Positions 42,488-50,969 of a DNA stretch of 64,000 bases are shown piece after piece (position 1 is the first letter of the stretch; each line of letters opens with the position of its first letter). This DNA is from an uncultured Actinomycetota bacterium. Its GTDB lineage: Bacteria; Actinomycetota; Actinomycetes; JAHEKZ01. Below the pieces are notes generated by a model. The model saw only the letters and a program-made list of their open reading frames with translations. It was not told where the DNA came from and ran no database searches. The stretch covers positions 96,001 through 160,000 of the forward strand of contig CAVQYR010000001.1 in assembly GCA_963718235.1 (NCBI GenBank). The letters are read 5' to 3'. The position numbers and the translations under genes were made by a program.

Positions 42488-43620
42488 GACCCGTCCCCTG
42501 GAAGCCACAGCCCGAGAACTGAGGGAGCAACCGTACGACGGATGACAGCGTGGAGGTCGACGTACACCTGGTCGGAGTCGACCTCGTCGCGCAGCCGGAC
42601 CGCGAACTCCTCGACCGCCCGCTCGGCGTCGTAGCGCGACCGGTCGAACCTGCGGTCCACCACCGACCGCACCCGAGACAACAACGGACGGAACAGCGCA
42701 GCCGCCGCCAACGTCGCCGCCGCTACCGCAAGATCGTTGGCCTCCGGCAGCAGCTGAGGTACTGCCCAGACCACCGAGACGTACACCACCAGAAGCAGCC
42801 CGGTCACCAACGCGTACGACGTCGTCCGACTGATGATCCGGTCGATCTCGTACAGGCGGTACCTGAGGACAGCGAATCCGATGGCCAGCGGTACCAGCGC
42901 GTAGGCCCCGATCGTCAGGGCCTGCAGGCCAACGGTCAGGGGCGAGTCACCAAAGGCGAGTGAGGTGACAAGGGTCACCCCCCACGTCGACACGAAGACC
43001 GCACCAGCCCACGCGATCCAGCGGATCTGCACCCGCTCTGACGAGCCGGCATGGCGGTAGCGGACGAACACCGAGTAGGCGCTGACCCCGAAGGCGACCG
43101 GGAGAGTCAACAGCACCAGGGGCGCGACTCGGGTCAGCAGAACCGAGTACGTCGGGTTGTTCACCCCCGAGGCCAGCGTCGGCTCCGACCCGGCCACCAC
43201 GAGCGAGGCAACAGCGATCAGCGCGAGGCTGCCCCACGAGAACCACCGCCACCCAGGTGACGGCAACCGACCGTCGGGGAAACGCAGCAGCACCTGGGTG
43301 CCCATGATGCCGAGTGGGGGCACCCAGAACGGCCACCACAGCAACCACCCGACGAGGGCGCCTGTCTCGCCACGGTCGACGAGGAACTGCCCCAAGGCGT
43401 AGGGGACGGCGGGGATGGACCAGAGCATGGCCACGGACAGCAGGATCCAGCCCATGACGTTGTCGGGGCGCCGTAGCGCAAGTACGCCACCAACGGCGGT
43501 GAAGCTGCCGAGCACCGCAATCGAGAACAGGACGTCCGAAGGCCCCGTGGCAAGGAGCATTCCCAGGAGCATCACCGATCCGCCGATCGTGATCATCACC
43601 CAGACTGCGACTCGCCTCAT
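42484..43620 (-). CDS. Multi-TM sensor-like protein, array copy R6
   Basis: RRPDNVMGW, LRYRLYEIDRIISRT, RLRDEVDS..RTVAPSVLGLWL; ATGA overlap with R5. Confidence 0.88.
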   Translation of the reverse strand: MRRVAVWVMITIGGSVMLLGMLLATGPSDVLFSIAVLGSFTAVGGVLALRRPDNVMGWILLSVAMLWSIPAVPYALGQFLVDRGETGALVGWLLWWPFWVPPLGIMGTQVLLRFPDGRLPSPGWRWFSWGSLALIAVASLVVAGSEPTLASGVNNPTYSVLLTRVAPLVLLTLPVAFGVSAYSVFVRYRHAGSSERVQIRWIAWAGAVFVSTWGVTLVTSLAFGDSPLTVGLQALTIGAYALVPLAIGFAVLRYRLYEIDRIISRTTSYALVTGLLLVVYVSVVWAVPQLLPEANDLAVAAATLAAAALFRPLLSRVRSVVDRRFDRSRYDAERAVEEFAVRLRDEVDSDQVYVDLHAVIRRTVAPSVLGLWLPGDGS

Positions 43621-44771
43621 GGGGACCGCGCAATCAGTGAGACACCGGCCACCGTCGGCTGCACCGTGCGGTCGAGCAGAGACAGGAGGTCCTCGCTGAT
43701 CTCACCGCTGTCGACCTCGTCGCGCAGCCGGACCGCGAACTCCTCGACCGCCCGGTCGGCGTCGTAGCGCGACCGGTCGAACCGACGGTCCACCACCCCT
43801 TGCACCCGAGACAGCAACGGACGGAACAAGGCGGCCGCAGCCAACGTCGCTGCAGCCACGGCAAGGTCGTTAGCCTGCGGCAGCAGCTGAGGCACCGCCC
43901 AGACCACCGACACATAGACGACCAGGAGCAGCCCGGTCACCAACGCGTAGGACGTCGTCCGACTGAGGATCCGGTCGATGTCATACAGGTGGAACCGGGT
44001 GATAGCCACCCCTGCGGCGAGCGGAACCGCCGCGAGCGCCGTCCCGTAGAGAAGGTTGGAGACGGCAGCGAGGTCGGTGTACTCGGCGGTCAGGCCGCCA
44101 AGTACCCATCCGAGCACCAGCGCGGGAGCGGCTAGGATCATCCACTTCAGCTGCTGGCGCACCACCCCCTCCGAGCGGCGGAACCTGGCGACGAAGGCAG
44201 CGAGCGCGGTGAGCCCGGCCGCGAGGAGGAACAGCAGGATCGGGCTCTCGCCAGAGCCAGTGGTCAGTCCAAGTGCGGCCACGCCGATGGGGTTTCTCAC
44301 CACGAGTCCCTCGTTCCCGGCCTGGACCTCCGACGCCAGGGCGATCCGACTCGTTGCGGCAACCAGGCCGACCACGACCAGGAACAGCGCCGGTCGCCAT
44401 CCGGGTGACGGCGCACGCCCGGTGGGGAAGATCATCAAGATGACGATGGGGAGCCCGATCGCGGGCACGAAGTACCAGTCGGAGTACCACGACATCAGAC
44501 CCAGCCACGGAGTGGTGGGATCGACGATCTGCTCGGCGTGGTCGCTGATCACCGTGCCTGACGTCCAAAGCAGTCCAACCGCCGAGAACAACCAGCCCAT
44601 GACGTTGCCGGGGCGACGCAGGACCAAGAAGGCACCGACGAGGTACCACGGAGTCACACTGACGAACACGATGTCGGTTCCCGCACCGTTCAGGATGACG
44701 AGCAGGGTCATCGCGAGTCCGAAGACAGCGATGGCTGCACCGCCGACACGCCCGACGAGCCTCGACGTCAT
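43617..44771 (-). CDS. Multi-TM sensor-like protein, array copy R5
   Basis: RRPGNVMGW, TRFHLYDIDRILSRT, RLRDEVDS..RTVQPTVAGVSL; ATGA overlap with R4. Confidence 0.88.
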   Translation of the reverse strand: MTSRLVGRVGGAAIAVFGLAMTLLVILNGAGTDIVFVSVTPWYLVGAFLVLRRPGNVMGWLFSAVGLLWTSGTVISDHAEQIVDPTTPWLGLMSWYSDWYFVPAIGLPIVILMIFPTGRAPSPGWRPALFLVVVGLVAATSRIALASEVQAGNEGLVVRNPIGVAALGLTTGSGESPILLFLLAAGLTALAAFVARFRRSEGVVRQQLKWMILAAPALVLGWVLGGLTAEYTDLAAVSNLLYGTALAAVPLAAGVAITRFHLYDIDRILSRTTSYALVTGLLLVVYVSVVWAVPQLLPQANDLAVAAATLAAAALFRPLLSRVQGVVDRRFDRSRYDADRAVEEFAVRLRDEVDSGEISEDLLSLLDRTVQPTVAGVSLIARSP

Positions 44772-45970
44772 GATCTGCCCCCTCCGGCCAGCCACAGCCC
44801 GGAGCGGGCAGGCTGAACCGTCCGGTGCAACACGTCGAGCAGGTCGTCGCTCACCTCGCTGGGGTCCACCTCGTGAAGCAGCCGGGCTGCGAACCCCTCG
44901 ACCGCCCGGCTGGCGTCGAACTGCTCGCGGTTGAACCGACGGTTGACCAGCCGCTGCGCCCAACCCAGGACGGGTCGGAACACGGTAGCCGCGGCCAGGG
45001 TCGCTGCTGCAACCTGCAAGGCGTTGGACCTCGGCAGCGGGATCGACACCGCGTACACGACCGCGAGGTACACCGCGACAAGGGCCACGGTCACCAGCAG
45101 GTACGCAGTGGTGCGACCGATGATCCGGTCGATGTCGTACAGGTGGTACCGCAGGATCGCCACACCGCAGGAGATGGGGATCAGCAACATGATCAGGATG
45201 AACGTGAAGTCACCCAGAACCGAGTCGACCCACCCGGTGACGAGACCCCCCAGCATGATGTGCAGGGGAACCAGGAGGATCACGAAGGCGAACAGCCGCA
45301 TCTGCAGGCGCTCCACACCGGTGGACCGCCACGTGCGCAGCACGACTGACCAGACCCCCGCAAGTCCGCAGAAGAGCAACAGCAGAACGCCCGCAGGCGC
45401 GGCCCACGACTGGGAGGCGGCTATCGCATCGGATACGACGGGTGGTGAAAGCGGGTTGGCCACGGTCCACGCGTTCGGGTCCTCACCCGGAAGCCCGATG
45501 TCGAGCGTGGGATAGAGCGCGACCAGGACCGTCGCCCCCACCGTGGCGCCGGCAGACAGCCGCAGTACCCACCGCCACCGGTTCGAGGCAACCCCCGTCG
45601 GGTAGAGCAGGAAGGTGAACGTGGTCGCCAGCATCAGGAGTGGGAGCCAGGCCCAGCTGTAGATCCAGGCGCTTGCCACCCCCCACCAGGGCGCAGGGGG
45701 ACCGGCCTCCAGAACCCTCTCCAGGACAGCGCCTGTGGCACCCACAAGCGCGAGCAGCGCCGCGATCTGCATGAAGACCCAGCCGATCGCATTCTCCGGA
45801 CGTCGCCGGGTCACGACCGCCCCGACCGCGGCGTACACGAGGACAGTGACCGGCTCCAGGACGTCGTCGGCGGTGTACTGCTGGTGGGCGAACAGGCTGA
45901 CGGCGCACCCGAGGATCGCCACGAGCACCATCGGCCACCAGCTCAGGCGCAGAGCAGATTGGCGCCTCAT
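44768..45970 (-). CDS. Multi-TM sensor-like protein, array copy R4
   Basis: RRPENAIGW, LRYHLYDIDRIIGRT, HEVDP..RTVQPARSGLWL; ATGA overlap with R3. Confidence 0.88.
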   Translation of the reverse strand: MRRQSALRLSWWPMVLVAILGCAVSLFAHQQYTADDVLEPVTVLVYAAVGAVVTRRRPENAIGWVFMQIAALLALVGATGAVLERVLEAGPPAPWWGVASAWIYSWAWLPLLMLATTFTFLLYPTGVASNRWRWVLRLSAGATVGATVLVALYPTLDIGLPGEDPNAWTVANPLSPPVVSDAIAASQSWAAPAGVLLLLFCGLAGVWSVVLRTWRSTGVERLQMRLFAFVILLVPLHIMLGGLVTGWVDSVLGDFTFILIMLLIPISCGVAILRYHLYDIDRIIGRTTAYLLVTVALVAVYLAVVYAVSIPLPRSNALQVAAATLAAATVFRPVLGWAQRLVNRRFNREQFDASRAVEGFAARLLHEVDPSEVSDDLLDVLHRTVQPARSGLWLAGGGRS

Positions 45971-47166
45971 CGCTTCGGCTCGTTCAGCCAGAGGCCAGCC
46001 GCCGAGGGTTGGACCGTTCGAGCCAGCACGCCCAGCAGGTCACTGGACACGGCACTCGAGTCGACCTCGTCGCGCAGTCGGGACGCGAACTGCTCCAGCG
46101 CGACCTCGGCGTCGAAGCGTTCCCGGTTGAACCGGCGGTCCACCACCCGTCGGGCCCAGTGCAGCACCGGGCGGAAGGCTGCGGCCGCGACCAGGGTCGC
46201 GACCGCCACCTGCAGGGCGTTGGACCGCGGCAGCGGGATCGACACCGCAGCGACCACGAGGAGGTACAGGCCGACCAAGGCACCGGAGACCAGCAGGTAC
46301 GCGGTGGTGCGCCCGATGATCCGATCGATGTCATAGAGGTGATAGCGAAGAACCGCGACGCCGCAGGCGACCGGAATGCACGTCAGTGCAATCGTGAAAG
46401 TGAGGTTGCCGAGCTGGGAGTTGCCGAAACCGGAGAACGTCTCCGAGACCAGGATCTGTAGCGGAACCAGCACGATCGCCGCCGCGAAGAGCCGCATCTG
46501 CAGTCGCTCCACGCCCCGCGCTCGCCAGGTGCGCCAGACCACGGATCCAACAGCGGCGACACCACAGAGCAGCCCCACGAGAACCGGGGCGAGAAACCAG
46601 CCCGACTCGTTGTCCCCATCGCTTATGCCGGCGAGGAACCACGAAGACAGCGGGTTGGCGATCGTGATGGGCGTCTCGGAGTCCGTGATCCATTGCAGGT
46701 CGAGCGTGGGGTCCAGCATTCCGAACAGGGTGGCTGTCACCGTTCCTGCGACCGAGAGCCACAGCACGGGACGCCAACGCGGTGAGGGAAGCCCGTTCGG
46801 GAACAGCAAGAAGGTGAAGGTGGTGGAGAGCATGAACAGCGGGTACCAGAACCAGTTGCCATACCAGGCTGCCAGCACGCCCCACCACGGAACCGGTGGT
46901 CCGGCCTCCAGCACCGCCTGGGTCCCCACATCGCTGAGACCAGTGAGACTGGCCAGCAGACCGACGAGCAGGAACAGCCATCCGATGGGGTTCGTGGGGC
47001 GTTGCCTCGCGACTACGGCTCCGACCAGCGCGTAGCCAAGAAAGGCCACCATCACGAGGTCGTCGACCTGGTAGTCCCGGATGAACGGCAGGCTCACCAC
47101 CAGACTCCCGACCGTCGCGACCACGAGAGCCCACCACCAGCCGCGCTGGACGCTTCGGGTGCTCAT
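45967..47166 (-). CDS. Multi-TM sensor-like protein, array copy R3
   Basis: RQRPTNPIGW, LRYHLYDIDRIIGRT, RLRDEVDS..RTVQPSAAGLWL; ATGA overlap with R2. Confidence 0.88.
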   Translation of the reverse strand: MSTRSVQRGWWWALVVATVGSLVVSLPFIRDYQVDDLVMVAFLGYALVGAVVARQRPTNPIGWLFLLVGLLASLTGLSDVGTQAVLEAGPPVPWWGVLAAWYGNWFWYPLFMLSTTFTFLLFPNGLPSPRWRPVLWLSVAGTVTATLFGMLDPTLDLQWITDSETPITIANPLSSWFLAGISDGDNESGWFLAPVLVGLLCGVAAVGSVVWRTWRARGVERLQMRLFAAAIVLVPLQILVSETFSGFGNSQLGNLTFTIALTCIPVACGVAVLRYHLYDIDRIIGRTTAYLLVSGALVGLYLLVVAAVSIPLPRSNALQVAVATLVAAAAFRPVLHWARRVVDRRFNRERFDAEVALEQFASRLRDEVDSSAVSSDLLGVLARTVQPSAAGLWLNEPKR

Positions 47167-48344
47167 GACCGGCTCTCCCGGAGCCACAGGCCCGCCACCG
47201 CGGGCTGGACGGTGCGATCGAGCACGGTGAGCAGGTCACCGCGGATCTCGTCACTGTCGACCTCGTCCCTGAGCCGACCGGCGAACCTCTCCACCGAACG
47301 CTCCGCGTCGTACTGCTCGCGGTTGAACCGACGGTTCACCAGGCGCTGCGCCCAGCCCAGCACCGGCCGGAACAGCGCCGCCGCCGCCAACGTCGCCGCT
47401 GCAACGGCCAGGTCGTTGGACTGCGGGAGCAGCTGGGTCACCGCGGTCACCACCACGGCGTAGACGGCGAGCAGCACCCCTGAGACCAACCCGTACGCAG
47501 TGGTCCGGCCGATGACCCGATCGATGTCGTACAGGTTGTGCCGCAAGATGGCGACCGCGCAGGCGAGCGGGACACACAGGAACGCCGCGGCGAGAACGAC
47601 GTACCGCAGCGTCGAGTACCCATGCTCGGCGAGCCACTGCGCCGGCACGATCGAGAGGATGAGCATCAGGATCGCGAAAGCGAACAGGCGCATCTGCAAC
47701 CGCTCCACGCCCTTCGAGCGCCAAGCACGCTGCAAGGACGAGAAGGCCGACAGCAGCATCAGGACGAAGAGCAGACCCACCCAGAACAGGAAGGAGTTGT
47801 CCAACCCGGCGAAGGTAGGGGATACACCCAGCGGGTTCTGCACGTCGAAAGCGTTCGCACTCCCCTCCTCACCTATCGGGAGTGTTGGGCTCAACGCCGA
47901 GAAGAGCGGACTCAGTGCAATGAGCCCAGCCCCCAGGTACAGCACTGGCCGCCAGCGTGGGGAAGAGAGCCCCGACGGGTAGAGGAGGAACGTGAAGGCG
48001 GTCGAGAGAATGATCAGCGGAAAGGCGACCCCGGCAAGGACCCAGGCCGCGAGATACCCCCACCACTGGAGGGGCGGGCCCTCGACCAGGGCGGCCTGCT
48101 CGCCCACTCGCGCGAGCGCCGTCAGACTCGCGGCCAGCCCTACCCAGAGGAAGAGCCAGCCGATCGGGTTGTCCGGCCGGCGGCGGGCGATCACGGCTCC
48201 GACGGGGGCGTAGGCGATCCACACCGCGAACAGCAGGTCCTCCCCGAAGTAGCCCCGCTTCAGGACCAGCGTGAGCACGACACTCGCACCGATCAGGGTG
48301 ACGAACACCCACCAGCAGGCCGTCTGGAGCTCTCGAAGACTCAC
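47163..48344 (-). CDS. Multi-TM sensor-like protein, array copy R2
   Basis: RRPDNPIGW, LRHNLYDIDRVIGRT, RLRDEVDS..RTVQPAVAGLWL; GTGA overlap with R1. Confidence 0.88.
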   Translation of the reverse strand: MSLRELQTACWWVFVTLIGASVVLTLVLKRGYFGEDLLFAVWIAYAPVGAVIARRRPDNPIGWLFLWVGLAASLTALARVGEQAALVEGPPLQWWGYLAAWVLAGVAFPLIILSTAFTFLLYPSGLSSPRWRPVLYLGAGLIALSPLFSALSPTLPIGEEGSANAFDVQNPLGVSPTFAGLDNSFLFWVGLLFVLMLLSAFSSLQRAWRSKGVERLQMRLFAFAILMLILSIVPAQWLAEHGYSTLRYVVLAAAFLCVPLACAVAILRHNLYDIDRVIGRTTAYGLVSGVLLAVYAVVVTAVTQLLPQSNDLAVAAATLAAAALFRPVLGWAQRLVNRRFNREQYDAERSVERFAGRLRDEVDSDEIRGDLLTVLDRTVQPAVAGLWLRESRS

Positions 48345-49474
48345 GGGGCCGGCTCCCGGAGCCACAGACCGGCCGACGCGGGCTGCACGGTGCGGGTCAG
48401 CGCACTCAGGAGCTCCCCCGACACCAGGCTGGGGTCGACCTCGTGCCGCAGTCGCCCGGCGAACTCGTCGACGGTCACCAACGCGTCGTACCGCTCACGG
48501 TTGAACCGTCGGTCGACCACGCGCTGCACGCGCCGCAGGACCGGCCGGAACAGCGCCGCCACCGCCAGCGTCGACGCTGCGACGGCGAGGTCGGAGGACT
48601 CCGGGAGCAGGCTCGAGGCGGCGGCCACCAGCACGGCGTAGACGGCCAGCAGCCCGACGGTCACCAGGCCGTAGGAGATGGTCCGGCTGACCACCCGGTC
48701 GAACTCGTACAGCCGGTAGCGGGTCACCGCGACGCCTATGGCCACCGGCACGGCGTTCAGACCGATCGCAGTCGCTATCGCGTAGACAAGCTCCGGCACG
48801 TCCAAGGCGTTGAACAGCGTGCTGGTGACCAGCAGCGCCACGATCGCAACGCCGACCGCAAGGGCGAACCACCGGTACTGCAGCCGCTCGCTGCCGCGGC
48901 TGCGGCGCCACCGCGCCACCAGGCTCGTCAGGGCGCCCAGCATCAGCAGCGGGACGATCACGAAGCCCTGGTCGTTGAACCACCCGACGACCCCACTCAA
49001 CGCAGGAACGCCGAGTGGGTTGGGCTGTTGGCTGATCTGCAGCGGGAGGGGGTCCACGAGCCCGGCGACGACGACACAGCCGGCTGCGACCGCGGTGGCC
49101 CCGATCAGCAGTCGGGTTCCTGGTGTCTCGGCCCTTCCGGTCGGGAAGAGCACGACGGTCGCGATCAGGGTGACGTAGCCGAGGCGACCCGCCAGCACCA
49201 CCACCAGCTCGAGCCAGACCGACATCTCGCCGACCAGCCCGTACCCCACGAGCAGGATCGCCCAGCACGCCCCGGTGGCCATGAGCAGCCAGCCGATCGC
49301 ATGACCCGGACGCTGCCAGAGGATCAGCGCGCCCACCAACGGGAACCCGATCCAGCTCAGCCCCCACGCGACCCAGAAGGCGTTGCTCGCTGCTGCCCCG
49401 ACCAACAGCCCGATGACAATCGACGCCGTGACGACGGCGAGCGCCGAGCGGCGCAGGACCTCTCGTGTCGGCAC
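48341..49474 (-). CDS. Multi-TM sensor-like protein, array copy R1 (first transcribed; start inferred)
   Basis: QRPGHAIGW, TRYRLYEFDRVVSRT, RLRHEVDP..RTVQPASAGLWL; GTG start 11 nt after the upstream stop. Confidence 0.85.
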   Translation of the reverse strand: MPTREVLRRSALAVVTASIVIGLLVGAAASNAFWVAWGLSWIGFPLVGALILWQRPGHAIGWLLMATGACWAILLVGYGLVGEMSVWLELVVVLAGRLGYVTLIATVVLFPTGRAETPGTRLLIGATAVAAGCVVVAGLVDPLPLQISQQPNPLGVPALSGVVGWFNDQGFVIVPLLMLGALTSLVARWRRSRGSERLQYRWFALAVGVAIVALLVTSTLFNALDVPELVYAIATAIGLNAVPVAIGVAVTRYRLYEFDRVVSRTISYGLVTVGLLAVYAVLVAAASSLLPESSDLAVAASTLAVAALFRPVLRRVQRVVDRRFNRERYDALVTVDEFAGRLRHEVDPSLVSGELLSALTRTVQPASAGLWLREPAP

Positions 49475-49485
49475 GGGGGAGCGAA

Positions 49486-50253
49486 CTACCGAGCAGCCCG
49501 ATGAGGTCGCAGCATCCGCAGGGGAGCGGTGAGGATGTGCAGCCCCGAGCGGATCCCGGAGTTGTGCCAGATGTTGCGCCAGTTCGACCACAGCCGCTTG
49601 TGGTCGACGCAGACCGTCTCCTCGGCGACCTCGACGTCCGGGATGCCGTAGTGCGCCGCGAGGTTGTGCAACGTGCCCATCCAGAAGACGTCTTCCTTGC
49701 GCTTGGCCACCGGCCAGGCCATCTCCCACAGCGGGTCGTTGGGACGGATCAGGATCTTGATCTCGACCCGGGTGCGTTCGTCACGCTCCTCGGCAGAGAA
49801 CGTGATCATGCCCGCGAACATGTGGCCCTCAGGGGTCATGAAGGTGAACGACTCGTCGTCGGCGTAGAGGACCAGGATCCCCGTAGCCAGCTTGGGGCCA
49901 TGACTTGCTATGCCGACTTCGATGGGCGCGACGTCGCCCGGTTCGATTCCGGTGAGCGTGTTGTGGAACACACTGCCCGGCGGCCAGTAGTCGCCGAAGT
50001 TGACCTTCCAGTCACTCACGAGTGCACGCGCGCCCACGACATTCCCGAGATCGGCCGAGTAGGTGCGCTGCCACAGGCGACCGAACCCCTGCTGGGGACC
50101 TGTCACCTTCTTGCCCGTGATGTTGTAGCCGACCGAAGCCTTCTCGTCCGGTGCGGCCAACCGGTCGACCTTGGTCGCCCAGTTGCCGGCGTCGCGCGGG
50201 ACGACGGGTTCGCTGCTGGGGGCTGGAGTGGTCATGTCGGTCTCCTCGCTCAC
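49486..50253 (-). CDS. Soluble hypothetical protein, possibly DUF1990/SRPBCC-like
   Basis: GPQQGFGRLWQRTY, VLYADDESFTFMTPEGHMFAGMITFS and a C-terminal helix FWMGTLHNLA; GTGA overlap with the STAS gene. The fold is inferred. Confidence 0.7.
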   Translation of the reverse strand: MSEETDMTTPAPSSEPVVPRDAGNWATKVDRLAAPDEKASVGYNITGKKVTGPQQGFGRLWQRTYSADLGNVVGARALVSDWKVNFGDYWPPGSVFHNTLTGIEPGDVAPIEVGIASHGPKLATGILVLYADDESFTFMTPEGHMFAGMITFSAEERDERTRVEIKILIRPNDPLWEMAWPVAKRKEDVFWMGTLHNLAAHYGIPDVEVAEETVCVDHKRLWSNWRNIWHNSGIRSGLHILTAPLRMLRPHRAAR

Positions 50254-50600
50254 GCCGATGCCAAGGCTGCAGCGGCATCAGGATGAAGGGCGATCGCCTC
50301 ATCGAGGCGGGTCAGCTCGAAGATCTGCCGGTAGTGGTCGGTGAGCCCGACAGCGGCCAGCTTCTGCTGCTGCCGGTTGGCCCGTACGAGCAGCGTGACG
50401 AGCATGCCGATGCCACCACTGTTCATGTAGGTCAGGCCGGTGAAGTCCAGCACGATGAACCTCGTGCCGGGGGCGCATGCCTCCTCGTAGGCCGACATCA
50501 GCACCGGCTCACAGGCTGCGGTGACATCGCCCGCAATCTCGATGACTGCCGTCCCGTCGACCGGGTGGTGGACCGTCATGGTTACGTCCGGATCAGGCAT
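50250..50600 (-). CDS. STAS-domain anti-sigma-factor antagonist
   Basis: IEIAGDV, IVLDFTGLTYMNSGGIG, YRQIFELTRLD. Confidence 0.92.
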   Translation of the reverse strand: MPDPDVTMTVHHPVDGTAVIEIAGDVTAACEPVLMSAYEEACAPGTRFIVLDFTGLTYMNSGGIGMLVTLLVRANRQQQKLAAVGLTDHYRQIFELTRLDEAIALHPDAAAALASA

Positions 50601-50618
50601 GGTGTTCCCTTTCGCCGA

Positions 50619-50969
50619 TCATGCGGTCGCGGAGCCGACAGCGGCGTCCACGTCGGAGAAAACCTGGATGAAGTCCGACAGTCGGGTGATGTCGAAGACG
50701 TGTCGGTAGTGCTCGGTGAGACCGGCGGCATGCACCGCGCGACGGTCGGCGCGGGCTCGCCCCAGCAGACTCACGATCAGGGCGATTCCGGTTGAGTTGA
50801 TGTAGTCGACGGCGTTGAAGTCGAGGACGACCGTGGTCGGATCGCTCGCGACGGCAGCGTCATAGGAGCTCGCCAGAGCGGTTGCGGCTTCACGGTCGAC
50901 CTGTCCGGTCAACACGATCACGACCGTCGACGATGCTGGGTAGGCCGCTACCTCGTAGCCGGTGATCAT
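50619..50969 (-). CDS. STAS-domain anti-sigma-factor antagonist
   Basis: LTGQVD, VVLDFNAVDYINSTGIA, YRHVFDITRL; ATGA overlap with the phosphatase gene. Confidence 0.92.
   Translation of the reverse strand: MITGYEVAAYPASSTVVIVLTGQVDREAATALASSYDAAVASDPTTVVLDFNAVDYINSTGIALIVSLLGRARADRRAVHAAGLTEHYRHVFDITRLSDFIQVFSDVDAAVGSATA

Noticed and set aside
40134-49474. Array as CRISPR, integron cassettes, shufflon or DGR targets
   Set aside because: The repeats are coding and abut by 4-nt overlaps; there are no spacers, attC sites, recombinase, reverse transcriptase or adenine-specific template/variable repeat pair.
40134-49474. Array as truncated histidine-kinase pseudogenes
   Set aside because: Eight divergent copies end at the same position, have no internal stops and keep translational coupling, which does not fit random decay.
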